A DNA stretch of 57,556 bases from positions 1 through 57,556 of IMG/VR virus record IMGVR_UViG_3300044210_000034; one strand, 5' to 3'. Positions 1-6,792 of this stretch are shown piece by piece (the stretch's first letter is position 1; every line of letters starts with the position of its first letter). Source of the stretch: a virus. Lineage: Duplodnaviria; Caudoviricetes. The notes beneath the pieces are model-generated. The model searched no databases. It saw only the letters and a list, made by a program, of their open reading frames with translations, and had not been told where the DNA came from. A program made the translations under genes and the position numbers.

Positions 1-381
1 CGCATCGTGGCGCCGGACGTGGTGATGCTCCCCCGGGGCTTCATCCTTGGTCCGCTCGAAGGGATCGGACCGCTCGCGCTGATCTTGTCGGTGAGGGAAG
101 ACACCGGCCAGCGCGTGACGACGTTCGTCGCCGCCGAGATCCTGCACGACCTGATCGGAATCGACGAGGACGGCGACGAGGCGCTCGACCTGAGCAAGGT
201 CGACCCCGAGCAGTTCTGCCGGGCCGTGGCGCTCGGCTGGCCCAACGAGTGGGCCGAGGACGGCGCGGGCTGGCACATCGCCAACGGGATGACCGCCGCA
301 CTGCTGGCGGGCATCCCGTGGCACCAGGTGCGGACGCGCTGCGAGCGAGCCGCCGCACTCAGCACGGCAGCGCTCAACTGA
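1..381 (+). CDS. Hypothetical protein, 5'-truncated; allele of 55857-56261
   Basis: Same protein (APDVVMLPRGFILGPLEG...LSTAALN) as the intact copy near the right end. Confidence 0.75.
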   Translation, partial: RIVAPDVVMLPRGFILGPLEGIGPLALILSVREDTGQRVTTFVAAEILHDLIGIDEDGDEALDLSKVDPEQFCRAVALGWPNEWAEDGAGWHIANGMTAALLAGIPWHQVRTRCERAAALSTAALN

Positions 382-441
382 ACGACCGCCCGGCACCCGC
401 CGGGCGGCGATGCAAGGCCACCGGAAAGTGAGAACAGCATC

Positions 442-1125
442 ATGACCGAGCAGTCCACCATCGTGGCGACCGCCCCCACCGAGGGCGTCGTCGTCCCGAC
501 CAACTACTCGCTGAAGGTCGACGGCTTCCTCGCCGCCGACCCCGACCCCGGCTACGTCTACGGCTCGACGATCACCGGCACGTTCGAGGGGTTCGTCACC
601 GGGCGTGGCGTCAGCCGCGACTACAAGGGTGACACCGACCTCGACTACACGATCGAGGTCAAGACCTTCGACGCCGCCGACGCGGCGGGCGAGCCCCCGC
701 TCGTGACGGCCGACAAGGTGACCCTGAGCTTCGACGGCCGGTTCGAGCTGGCGGGCGACCCCGGCTTCCTGCACGGCCGCCCGGTCAGCGGCCGGTTCGT
801 CGCCCGGGTCGACGGCGACCGGACGTCGAGCGACTACTCGGGCGTGCGCCGGGTCTACCGGATCATGGTCACCGAGATCGAGGTCGAGGGCGTCGTGCGC
901 AAGCCCGTGGCGCCGGTCTCGACCGGCCTGCCCGGCGTGGTGGCGACCCTGCTCGGCCGCCCGACCCCGGCCGCGACCGAGCCCGAGCCGACCGGCCGGG
1001 TGCGCCGGGCGTGGAAGTCCTTCCGGCGCGGTCCGTTCGGGTGGGTGCCGATGTGGCTCGGCTTCATCGCCGCGTGGGTCGGCATCACCCTGACCCTGCG
1101 CGCGGTGGTGGCGATCCTCGGCTGA
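442..1125 (+). CDS. Membrane-anchored protein with two tandem ~60 aa repeats and a C-terminal TM helix; allele A
   Basis: Internal repeat DG-x5-DPG-x3-G-x3-G-x-F twice; hydrophobic C-terminus; homolog at 56324-57034. Confidence 0.8.
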   Translation: MTEQSTIVATAPTEGVVVPTNYSLKVDGFLAADPDPGYVYGSTITGTFEGFVTGRGVSRDYKGDTDLDYTIEVKTFDAADAAGEPPLVTADKVTLSFDGRFELAGDPGFLHGRPVSGRFVARVDGDRTSSDYSGVRRVYRIMVTEIEVEGVVRKPVAPVSTGLPGVVATLLGRPTPAATEPEPTGRVRRAWKSFRRGPFGWVPMWLGFIAAWVGITLTLRAVVAILG

Positions 1126-1142
1126 CCGCCCGCCGATCCGAC

Positions 1143-1182
1143 CACTGCACCCCCTTGAGTGTATGCTCAAGGGGGTGTAGTG
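1143..1182 (+). promoter_or_regulatory. Palindromic promoter/operator
   Basis: CACTGCACCCCCTTGAG-TGTATG-CTCAAGGGGGTGTAGTG; TTGAGT-17-TAGTGT. Confidence 0.85.
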
Positions 1183-1226
1183 TTTCTACTGACCGCGACG
1201 TCCCCGAGTCCGACGAGGTGACCCCG

Positions 1227-1538
1227 ATGCACGACCTGCCCCGGCGCGCGGCCCGCGCGCCGCACGACGTCATGAAGAGCCACGCGCTCGCGCGTTGGCT
1301 GAACGAGCACGACCCCACCGACGACCCCTCGGGCTGGCAGATCAGCGACACCGGCACGGTGTGGACCGAGGTCGCCGCCCACCCGTCCACCGCCCGCGAG
1401 CGCCGCGCCCACGTGGTCGCCCTCGCCCGGGGGCTCTACCTGCTGGCCCTGCCGCTGTGCGACGTCGAGGGGCTCTACTCGCCCGAGGACTTCGCCACCC
1501 TGGCGGGGGCTCTCGCCTACTGGGAGGGGCGGGCGTGA
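1227..1538 (+). CDS. Hypothetical protein; allele of 57136-57453
   Basis: GAGGTG SD before ATG; conserved in the second copy. Confidence 0.75.
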   Translation: MHDLPRRAARAPHDVMKSHALARWLNEHDPTDDPSGWQISDTGTVWTEVAAHPSTARERRAHVVALARGLYLLALPLCDVEGLYSPEDFATLAGALAYWEGRA

Positions 1539-1732
1539 TGGACCACATCGACCGCCCGGCCGGGCAGGTGAGCCGGTTCGAGCACGACGTGCGCCGCGCG
1601 CTCGCCGCGCTGATCGACGGCGGCACCGTCGCCGACGCCCGTAGCGAGATCCACATCTGGCACGACCCGGCCGAGAAGCGCCGGGCCATCCGCCTCGTCG
1701 AGCAGCTCGCCGAGGCAGTGAAAGGATCATGA
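1538..1732 (+). CDS. Small hypothetical protein
   Basis: GGAGG upstream, coupled start and stop; start repeated at the contig end. Confidence 0.6.
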   Translation: MDHIDRPAGQVSRFEHDVRRALAALIDGGTVADARSEIHIWHDPAEKRRAIRLVEQLAEAVKGS

Positions 1733-2052
1733 CGATGACGACCCGAGACGTGGCCGCGCCCGAGCTGCCCGCCACCGACGCTAGCACGACCCCCGGCGGG
1801 CGCTACGAGGCGCCGCAGGCCACCGACGTGCTGCGCCGCATCCCCGATCTGCTGATCGGCGACCTGATCACGTTCGAGGGCCGGGTGCGTGAGGTGGCCC
1901 GGGTCCGGCTCAACCCGCAGCGTCCCGGCGAGGTGTGGCTCGGGCTGGTCGACGACCCGATCGACGAGGGCACCGGCCACCCGATCGTGCGCCGGTACGT
2001 GCACGAGGTGCGCGTGCGAGTGCTGCGCTCGCACTGGCAGGCGCCGCAGTGA
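1729..2052 (+). CDS. Hypothetical protein
   Basis: AAAGGA SD, ATGA overlap with upstream gene. Confidence 0.65.
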   Translation: MTMTTRDVAAPELPATDASTTPGGRYEAPQATDVLRRIPDLLIGDLITFEGRVREVARVRLNPQRPGEVWLGLVDDPIDEGTGHPIVRRYVHEVRVRVLRSHWQAPQ

Positions 2053-2267
2053 CCGCGCCGTACCGGGACATGCAGCCGTGCTCGCCCGGGTTCTGCTTCC
2101 AGGCGAGCGCGGTCGGGTCCGAGCTGACCTGCTTCGGCGAGTGCGTGGCGGCCCGGTACCTGCGCGGGCGCCCCGTGGCCGACGTGGACCTGCCCGCCGA
2201 CGGGTCCGACATCGAGCCCGCGCCCGAGTCGGCCGCGCAACTGCTGTGCCCCGGCTGGACGACGTGA
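2049..2267 (+). CDS. Small Cys-containing hypothetical protein
   Basis: GTGA coupling; ends just before the next palindrome. Confidence 0.55.
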   Translation: MTAPYRDMQPCSPGFCFQASAVGSELTCFGECVAARYLRGRPVADVDLPADGSDIEPAPESAAQLLCPGWTT

Positions 2268-2284
2268 CCGCCCGCCGATCCGGC

Positions 2285-2324
2285 TACTGCACCCCCTTGA
2301 CGCACTAGTCAAGGGGGTGCAGTA
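2285..2324 (+). promoter_or_regulatory. Palindromic promoter/operator
   Basis: TACTGCACCCCCTTGAC-GCACTA-GTCAAGGGGGTGCAGTA, perfect 17 bp arms. Confidence 0.85.
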
Positions 2325-2364
2325 TTGAGGGAGGACGAACCCACCGGAACAGGAGAGCACGACC

Positions 2365-2790
2365 ATGACCATCCCCCACCGCGCGGCCGGGTCCGCGCCG
2401 GACACCGTGCCGCTCGACGTGCGCCGGGTGCGCGAGCTGGAGTCGGCGGCCGACCAGACCTACCGCGTGCTGCGCGCGGCGCAGGGCGCCTACGAGATGG
2501 CCTGCCGCGACAGCGACTACGACAACCTCGACGAGGACCCGCACGTGATCGCCACCCGCGAGCTGCGCGACGGCGCCGAGCGCGCCCACGCCGCCGCACA
2601 GGACCGGCTCGACGACGTGCTGACCGACGGACCGACGATCCTCACGGCGGCCACCACGACGCCGCAGAGCCGCCGCGCGCTCGGCCGGTGGGCCGACGCC
2701 CGGGGCGGCGGCGAAGAGCTGGCGGGCGCCGTCCGGCAGATCGTGACCGCGCTCGCACGCGGCCGGACCGTCAAGATCGAGGTGATCTGA
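2365..2790 (+). CDS. Hypothetical helical protein
   Basis: AGGAG SD; first gene after the palindrome. Confidence 0.7.
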   Translation: MTIPHRAAGSAPDTVPLDVRRVRELESAADQTYRVLRAAQGAYEMACRDSDYDNLDEDPHVIATRELRDGAERAHAAAQDRLDDVLTDGPTILTAATTTPQSRRALGRWADARGGGEELAGAVRQIVTALARGRTVKIEVI

Positions 2791-3206
2791 TGCAGACCTT
2801 CCTGCCCGAGCCGGACTTCGCCGCGTCGGCCGCCGTGCTCGACCGGCAGCGGCTCGGCAAGCAGCGGGTCGAGGTGATGCAGCTTCTCGGCGCGCTGACC
2901 GGCCAGCGCGCCGGGTGGGCCAGCCACCCGGCCGCCCGGATGTGGCGCGGCCACGAGGTCGCGCTCGCCCGGTACGGGCTGGCGGTGGTCGCCGAGTGGA
3001 CGTCGCGCGGCTACCGCGACACCTGCGGGCCGAAGATCGAGGCGCTCGCCGCCGGGCTGGCCGACGCCGGTCCGCCCCGGTGGCTCGGTGACGAGGCGTT
3101 CCACCTCGCGCACCGCTCGAACCTGGTCCGCAAGCTGCCGGGGCACTACGCCCCGCTGTGGCCCGGCGTGCCCGACGACCTGCCCTACGTCTGGCCCGAG
3201 CCCTGA
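2790..3206 (+). CDS. MSMEG_6728-family / pyrimidine-dimer DNA glycosylase (DenV-like) protein
   Basis: MQTFLP...LDRQRLGKQRVE...HPAARMWRG...HRSNLVRKLP..Y...YVWP. Confidence 0.8.
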   Translation: MQTFLPEPDFAASAAVLDRQRLGKQRVEVMQLLGALTGQRAGWASHPAARMWRGHEVALARYGLAVVAEWTSRGYRDTCGPKIEALAAGLADAGPPRWLGDEAFHLAHRSNLVRKLPGHYAPLWPGVPDDLPYVWPEP

Positions 3207-3214
3207 CCGGCCGG

Positions 3215-3256
3215 ATACTCCACCCCCTTGCGCAGATGCTCAAGGGGGTGTAGTAT
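3215..3256 (+). promoter_or_regulatory. Palindromic promoter/operator
   Basis: ATACTCCACCCCCTTGCG-CAGATG-CTCAAGGGGGTGTAGTAT. Confidence 0.85.
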
Positions 3257-3307
3257 TGTCTCATCAGCGAGGGGGAACGGCCCCCGAGCCGGGCGAAGGG
3301 CACCGAG

Positions 3308-3625
3308 ATGACCGCGATCACCACCGACACGACGTTCGTCACCGAGACCCTGGTCACCGACACCGTGACCTACGAGATCATCGGCCGGACCGCCAAGACG
3401 ATCACCATTCGGACCACGATCAGCGGCGACGTGGTGAAGAGCCAGGACCCGGGCAGCGGCTACCCGCAGGTGTGGTGCGAGGCGATCAGCGACCCCGAGG
3501 GCGCGACCTACACCCTGCGGCTGCGCAAGGACGGCACGTACCGGCGGGCCACGTGGGCGAACGCGCTGCGCCCGGCGGCCGTGATCGACGGCAAGCCGGT
3601 CAGCTACACCGACTACTCGTTCTGA
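3308..3625 (+). CDS. Hypothetical protein, single-gene cassette
   Basis: GAAGGG SD; bounded by palindromes on both sides. Confidence 0.75.
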   Translation: MTAITTDTTFVTETLVTDTVTYEIIGRTAKTITIRTTISGDVVKSQDPGSGYPQVWCEAISDPEGATYTLRLRKDGTYRRATWANALRPAAVIDGKPVSYTDYSF

Positions 3626-3632
3626 CCGCCAC

Positions 3633-3672
3633 TACTGCACCCCCTTGACATCATGCTCAAGGGGGTGCAGTA
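3633..3672 (+). promoter_or_regulatory. Palindromic promoter/operator
   Basis: TACTGCACCCCCTTGACATCATGCTCAAGGGGGTGCAGTA; consensus TTGACA -35. Confidence 0.85.
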
Positions 3673-3713
3673 TTGAGACATCAGCAGGGCACCACCGAGA
3701 GAAGGGCACCGAG

Positions 3714-3974
3714 ATGAGCGCGCAGGCCGAGACCAGCCCCGAGCGGTTCGTCATCTTCGAGATCGAGGGCGGCTGCACCTGCTGCCAGCCCGGCGCCCGC
3801 GAGACGGTCCTGCCGTCCGGCTGGCGCGAGCGGGCCGAGGACGCCGGGATCTTCTCGGTCGCCGAGCTGCTGGCCGCCCCGCACGGGGTCGACCCGGCCC
3901 GGATCGTGCAGGTCGCCGCGTGCAACGCGCCCTTCGACCGCGCGCACCTGGACTGGCTGCGCTCGCTCGCCTGA
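3714..3974 (+). CDS. Hypothetical protein with a CTCC motif
   Basis: Same leader (AAGGGCACCGAGATG) as the 3308 gene. Confidence 0.7.
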   Translation: MSAQAETSPERFVIFEIEGGCTCCQPGARETVLPSGWRERAEDAGIFSVAELLAAPHGVDPARIVQVAACNAPFDRAHLDWLRSLA

Positions 3975-4046
3975 GCCCCTCCCGGCCCGGCCGCCCCACC
4001 CGGCGGCCGGGCCGACCCGTACCGAGCACCACCGGAGGAACCGACC

Positions 4047-4565
4047 ATGACCACGACCACCGACCTGCCCGCGCCGACCGAGACCGCCGTGCAGGCGTAC
4101 GACACCGCCGTCGAGGCGCTGCGCCTGGTGGACGCCCTGACCGGCGGCCGGGACGGCAACGGGACCGACGTCGACACCGACGCCCACGACGCCGCCACCG
4201 TGGCCCTGCGCGCCTCGCTGGCCGCCTTCCTGGTCATCACCTGCCCCGGCGGCGAGCGCGACTACTACGCCGCCGCCGCGACCGAGCTGTACGCCGACAT
4301 GTTCGGCGAGGGCCGGGGCGTCGCCGAGTCGCTCGGGGTCTTCCTGACCCTCGGCTTCCAGCACGCCGACCCGTTCCGGGCCGGGCACCAGCCGTACACC
4401 GAGGACGCCGTTCGGCTCGCCGCAGGCCCGGCCGTGCGCGGCGCGTGCACCTGCGGGTGGTACGGCCCGGACCGGCCCGACATCGAGCACGCCGAGGCGG
4501 ACGCGCTCGGGCACGCCGAGTGGGAGATCGTCCCGCCCGTCATGATGGTGCCCACCGGCAAGTAA
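4047..4565 (+). CDS. Hypothetical protein with C-terminal CxCGW...H motif
   Basis: GGAGG SD; GACTCGWYG...H suggests a Zn ribbon. Confidence 0.7.
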   Translation: MTTTTDLPAPTETAVQAYDTAVEALRLVDALTGGRDGNGTDVDTDAHDAATVALRASLAAFLVITCPGGERDYYAAAATELYADMFGEGRGVAESLGVFLTLGFQHADPFRAGHQPYTEDAVRLAAGPAVRGACTCGWYGPDRPDIEHAEADALGHAEWEIVPPVMMVPTGK

Positions 4566-4574
4566 GAAATCTGC

Positions 4575-4612
4575 CGCACCCGCTTGACAGGATGCTAAAG
4601 GGGGTGCAGTAT
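4575..4612 (+). promoter_or_regulatory. Strong SigA-type promoter in a degenerate palindrome, upstream of the RNA locus
   Basis: TTGACA (4584-4589)-17 bp-CAGTAT (4607-4612); predicted TSS near 4619. Confidence 0.8.
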
Positions 4613-4618
4613 AGAGAT

Positions 4619-4907
4619 GTAAGGAAGAGCAAGGGACAACAGAACAGAGACCGAGGGCGCACAGCCTCTCCGGACCGGATGAGGAACCCTAAGCCGAAAG
4701 GTACGGGCGCGGCGGAACCGAAAGGCCGCACGGTAAAGCGCACGAACACTGGCGACGCACGTCCCCTGACGCCTTGGCGGGCACCTATGGAGCCTTCCTC
4801 ACGGGCTATACGGATCGGCCACGAACCAGGGTCGGCAATCTAGAAGTCGGCCGCGACGCTGTGAGAACGGCCCCCCTCGGTTTCTTCTGCCCCTTGCTCT
4901 TCCTTAC
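4619..4907 (+). ncRNA. Putative large structured ncRNA, domain 1 (~290 nt)
   Basis: Perfect 17 bp terminal helix 4619-4635/4891-4907 extended by further pairings; two GAAA tetraloops; CCUAAG/UACGG receptor-like motif; no credible ORF. Confidence 0.75.
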
Positions 4908-4971
4908 CGAGAACCTCCACCGGGTGCGGCGTGACCGCGACCCCGCCGCCCCCGGTGGTACCAACGTCCGA

Positions 4972-5069
4972 CCGTCGCCAAGGTGGAGCAATGCCAGCGG
5001 GGCGCACCAAGACCCGGGCCGCAACCCGGTGAGGCACGAGGGGTTCGAGTCCCCACCACGCAGCGACGG
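4972..5069 (+). ncRNA. tRNA-like module with a T-arm, not a canonical cloverleaf
   Basis: GGGG-TTCGAGT-CCCC (5040-5054), closing stem CCGTCGC/GCGACGG, inner TGCC/GGCA and CCGGG/CCCGG stems. Confidence 0.55.
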
Positions 5070-5076
5070 AAAGGCA

Positions 5077-5180
5077 GGGGGCAGGCGTATGGAGCGCGGG
5101 CGGGCCGGGTGCGCACCGGCCGCTCGATCCGGTCGAGACCGGAGCCCCCACTACCCGGCCGGAAACCACCGGACCGGACC
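5077..5180 (+). ncRNA. Third structured RNA segment (multi-hairpin)
   Basis: GGGGGC/GCCCCC closing stem, hairpin TCCGGT-CGAG-ACCGGA, GGCCGG...CCGGCC hairpin. Confidence 0.45.
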
Positions 5181-5198
5181 GACAAGGGAAGGTAACGC

Positions 5199-5420
5199 AT
5201 GACCTCCACCACACGAGCCCGCAGGCGCGGCATCACCGCCGCCCTGGTCGGGCTCTTCTCGTTGCTGGCGGTGTTCCTCGCCACGGGGGACGCCCGCGCC
5301 GCGAGCAACGCCGGTGCCTGCGTCGATCACTGCTGGACGCAGACGAACGCCTCGGTGTTCTCGCCCGAGGCGACCCGGATCAACAGCACGATGGACTACC
5401 AGTGCGACGTCGGCTGCTGA
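5199..5420 (+). CDS. Secreted peptide, possibly truncated
   Basis: GGAAGG SD; basic N-region, hydrophobic core, ARA cleavage motif; stop codon lies inside the 115 bp duplicated segment. Confidence 0.6.
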   Translation: MTSTTRARRRGITAALVGLFSLLAVFLATGDARAASNAGACVDHCWTQTNASVFSPEATRINSTMDYQCDVGC

Positions 5421-5526
5421 CCTACGTGCCGCTCGACGACGGCGCGGCGGTCGCGGCGGCGTGACGTCATGACGCTGTGGGTCTGCTCGGCGTGCTCGAC
5501 GCGGTACAGCGTCGGCGCGCCGAGCT
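5412..5526 (+). repeat. 115 bp exact copy of 24209-24323
   Basis: Base-for-base identity from GGCTGCTGACCTACG to GCGCCGAGCT. Confidence 0.95.
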
Positions 5527-5634
5527 CGGCACCCCGGCCGACGTGCCGGTGAGCCCGCCCGGCAAGAGCTGACCGACCCTCCCGCAGTCGGTCATGGCGC
5601 CCCGGCCCACAGCACCACGGGCCGGGGCGCTGCC

Positions 5635-5678
5635 ATGCTCAAGGGGGTGTTGCGCCGGTACTCAAGGGGGTGTAGTAT
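5635..5678 (+). promoter_or_regulatory. Promoter with two direct half-sites; leaderless transcript
   Basis: CTCAAGGGGGTG twice; TTGCGC-17-TAGTAT with ATG 6 nt downstream. Confidence 0.75.
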
Positions 5679-5684
5679 CGGAGC

Positions 5685-5882
5685 ATGACGACGACGCAGG
5701 GCACCGAGGGCAACCCGTTCGTGATCGTGTTCGCCTGCGAGATCTGCGAAGAGATCTTCAAGGCCGAGCCCGAGCGGTCGCTGTGCGGCGACGTCACCAC
5801 CGCGTGCGAGACCTGCGTGCGCGAGCACGTGGCACTGTGCGCCGACTGCACCGCCCAAGAGCGCGACGCGCTCGACGAGTGA
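5685..5882 (+). CDS. Small Zn-binding protein
   Basis: CEIC, CETC, H, CADC motifs. Confidence 0.7.
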   Translation: MTTTQGTEGNPFVIVFACEICEEIFKAEPERSLCGDVTTACETCVREHVALCADCTAQERDALDE

Positions 5883-5892
5883 GGAAGGGACC

Positions 5893-6141
5893 ATGACCAC
5901 CGGAAACCCCACACCCACCCTCGACGACGCGCAGGCCGCGCTGATCGAGGCGCTGACGGTGTTCGAGGACAACGAGCGCACCACCGAGACCGGCCACGAC
6001 ATCGGGGGTGTCGAGGACGGCGGGGCCGCCCGGCACGACCGCGTGGTGATGTTCACGCTGTCGATGCCGGACGGCACGAGCAAGACGTTCGCCGCGACGA
6101 TTACGGAGGAAGAGGACGAGTGGAACCCCGACGAGAACTGA
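5893..6141 (+). CDS. Small acidic hypothetical protein
   Basis: GAGGAAGGGA SD. Confidence 0.7.
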   Translation: MTTGNPTPTLDDAQAALIEALTVFEDNERTTETGHDIGGVEDGGAARHDRVVMFTLSMPDGTSKTFAATITEEEDEWNPDEN

Positions 6142-6380
6142 CCGCGACCGCGCACAAGACCTGCGCGCACAAGGGCTGCACCCGCGAGGCGCTGATGGCG
6201 ATCAGTACCACCCGGGGCAAGACCCTGTTCAGCCGGGTGTTCTACGACGTGGCCGAGGCGCCGCCGAGCGCGAGCCCGTACTGCCACGAGGACGGCGTCG
6301 CCACGATCGTGGCGCTGATCTCTACCCTCGTGCCCGCCGACCAGCCCGGCCAGCCCGAGAGCCCGGCGGTGGCCCCGTGA
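6120..6380 (+). CDS. Hypothetical protein
   Basis: Fills the operon; CAHKGC and YC motifs. Confidence 0.55.
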   Translation: MEPRRELTATAHKTCAHKGCTREALMAISTTRGKTLFSRVFYDVAEAPPSASPYCHEDGVATIVALISTLVPADQPGQPESPAVAP

Positions 6381-6685
6381 GTCGCCCGGCGCGCCGGTCG
6401 GTGCCGCCCGTCGAGCTGGCGCGCGGCCCCGAGGCGATCCGGGCCGCGTACCGCTACGTCGTCAACGGCGACGCCCCGGCGGTGGTGCACACCCACGGGC
6501 AGCCCGGCCGCGCGATGACCGCGTTCGAGCTGTGGCAGTTCCTGCTCGACGTGCCGGACGGCGAGCAGCCGGTCGTCGCCGAGCTGGTCACCGACGGCGG
6601 CGGCACCCGCCGGTTCGAGGTGCGCGGCGCGTACGCGGCCGACGGCATCGGCGAGGCGGTCGTCGAGCTGGTCGAGCGCGGCTGA
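6377..6685 (+). CDS. Hypothetical protein
   Basis: GTGA coupling; ends before a palindrome. Confidence 0.65.
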   Translation: MSRPARRSVPPVELARGPEAIRAAYRYVVNGDAPAVVHTHGQPGRAMTAFELWQFLLDVPDGEQPVVAELVTDGGGTRRFEVRGAYAADGIGEAVVELVERG

Positions 6686-6703
6686 ACCGACCCGCCGAAC
6701 CGG

Positions 6704-6746
6704 ATACTCCACCCCCTTGCGCATCGTGCTCAAGGGGGTGTAGTAT
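6704..6746 (+). promoter_or_regulatory. Palindromic promoter/operator (7 bp spacer variant)
   Basis: ATACTCCACCCCCTTGCG-CATCGTG-CTCAAGGGGGTGTAGTAT. Confidence 0.85.
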
Positions 6747-6792
6747 TTCTTCTGTCAGGCACCGCAGGGCACGACCACCGGAGATGATCAGA

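Larger units (their letters stand above)
1..1635 (+). repeat. Diverged copy A of the terminal region (homologous to 55881-57556)
   Basis: 1-126 identical to 55881-56006; 1559-1635 identical to 57480-57556; the interior encodes the same genes but diverged. Confidence 0.95.

Noticed and set aside
4675-4730. Hammerhead ribozyme
   Set aside because: Core reads CGGATGAG rather than CTGATGA and I could not build the three stems
4972-5069. Canonical tRNA gene
   Set aside because: No 7 bp acceptor stem after the T-arm, no D-stem and no 7 nt anticodon loop
4540-5308. ORFs listed across the RNA locus
   Set aside because: No convincing SD, atypical codon usage, low-complexity products; base pairing explains the region better
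5412-5526. DGR template repeat
   Set aside because: No adenine-specific mismatches against 24209-24323 and no reverse transcriptase ORF
1143-6746. Palindromic repeats as a CRISPR array
   Set aside because: Separated by 0.4-1.1 kb of intact genes, not 30-40 bp spacers; no cas operon
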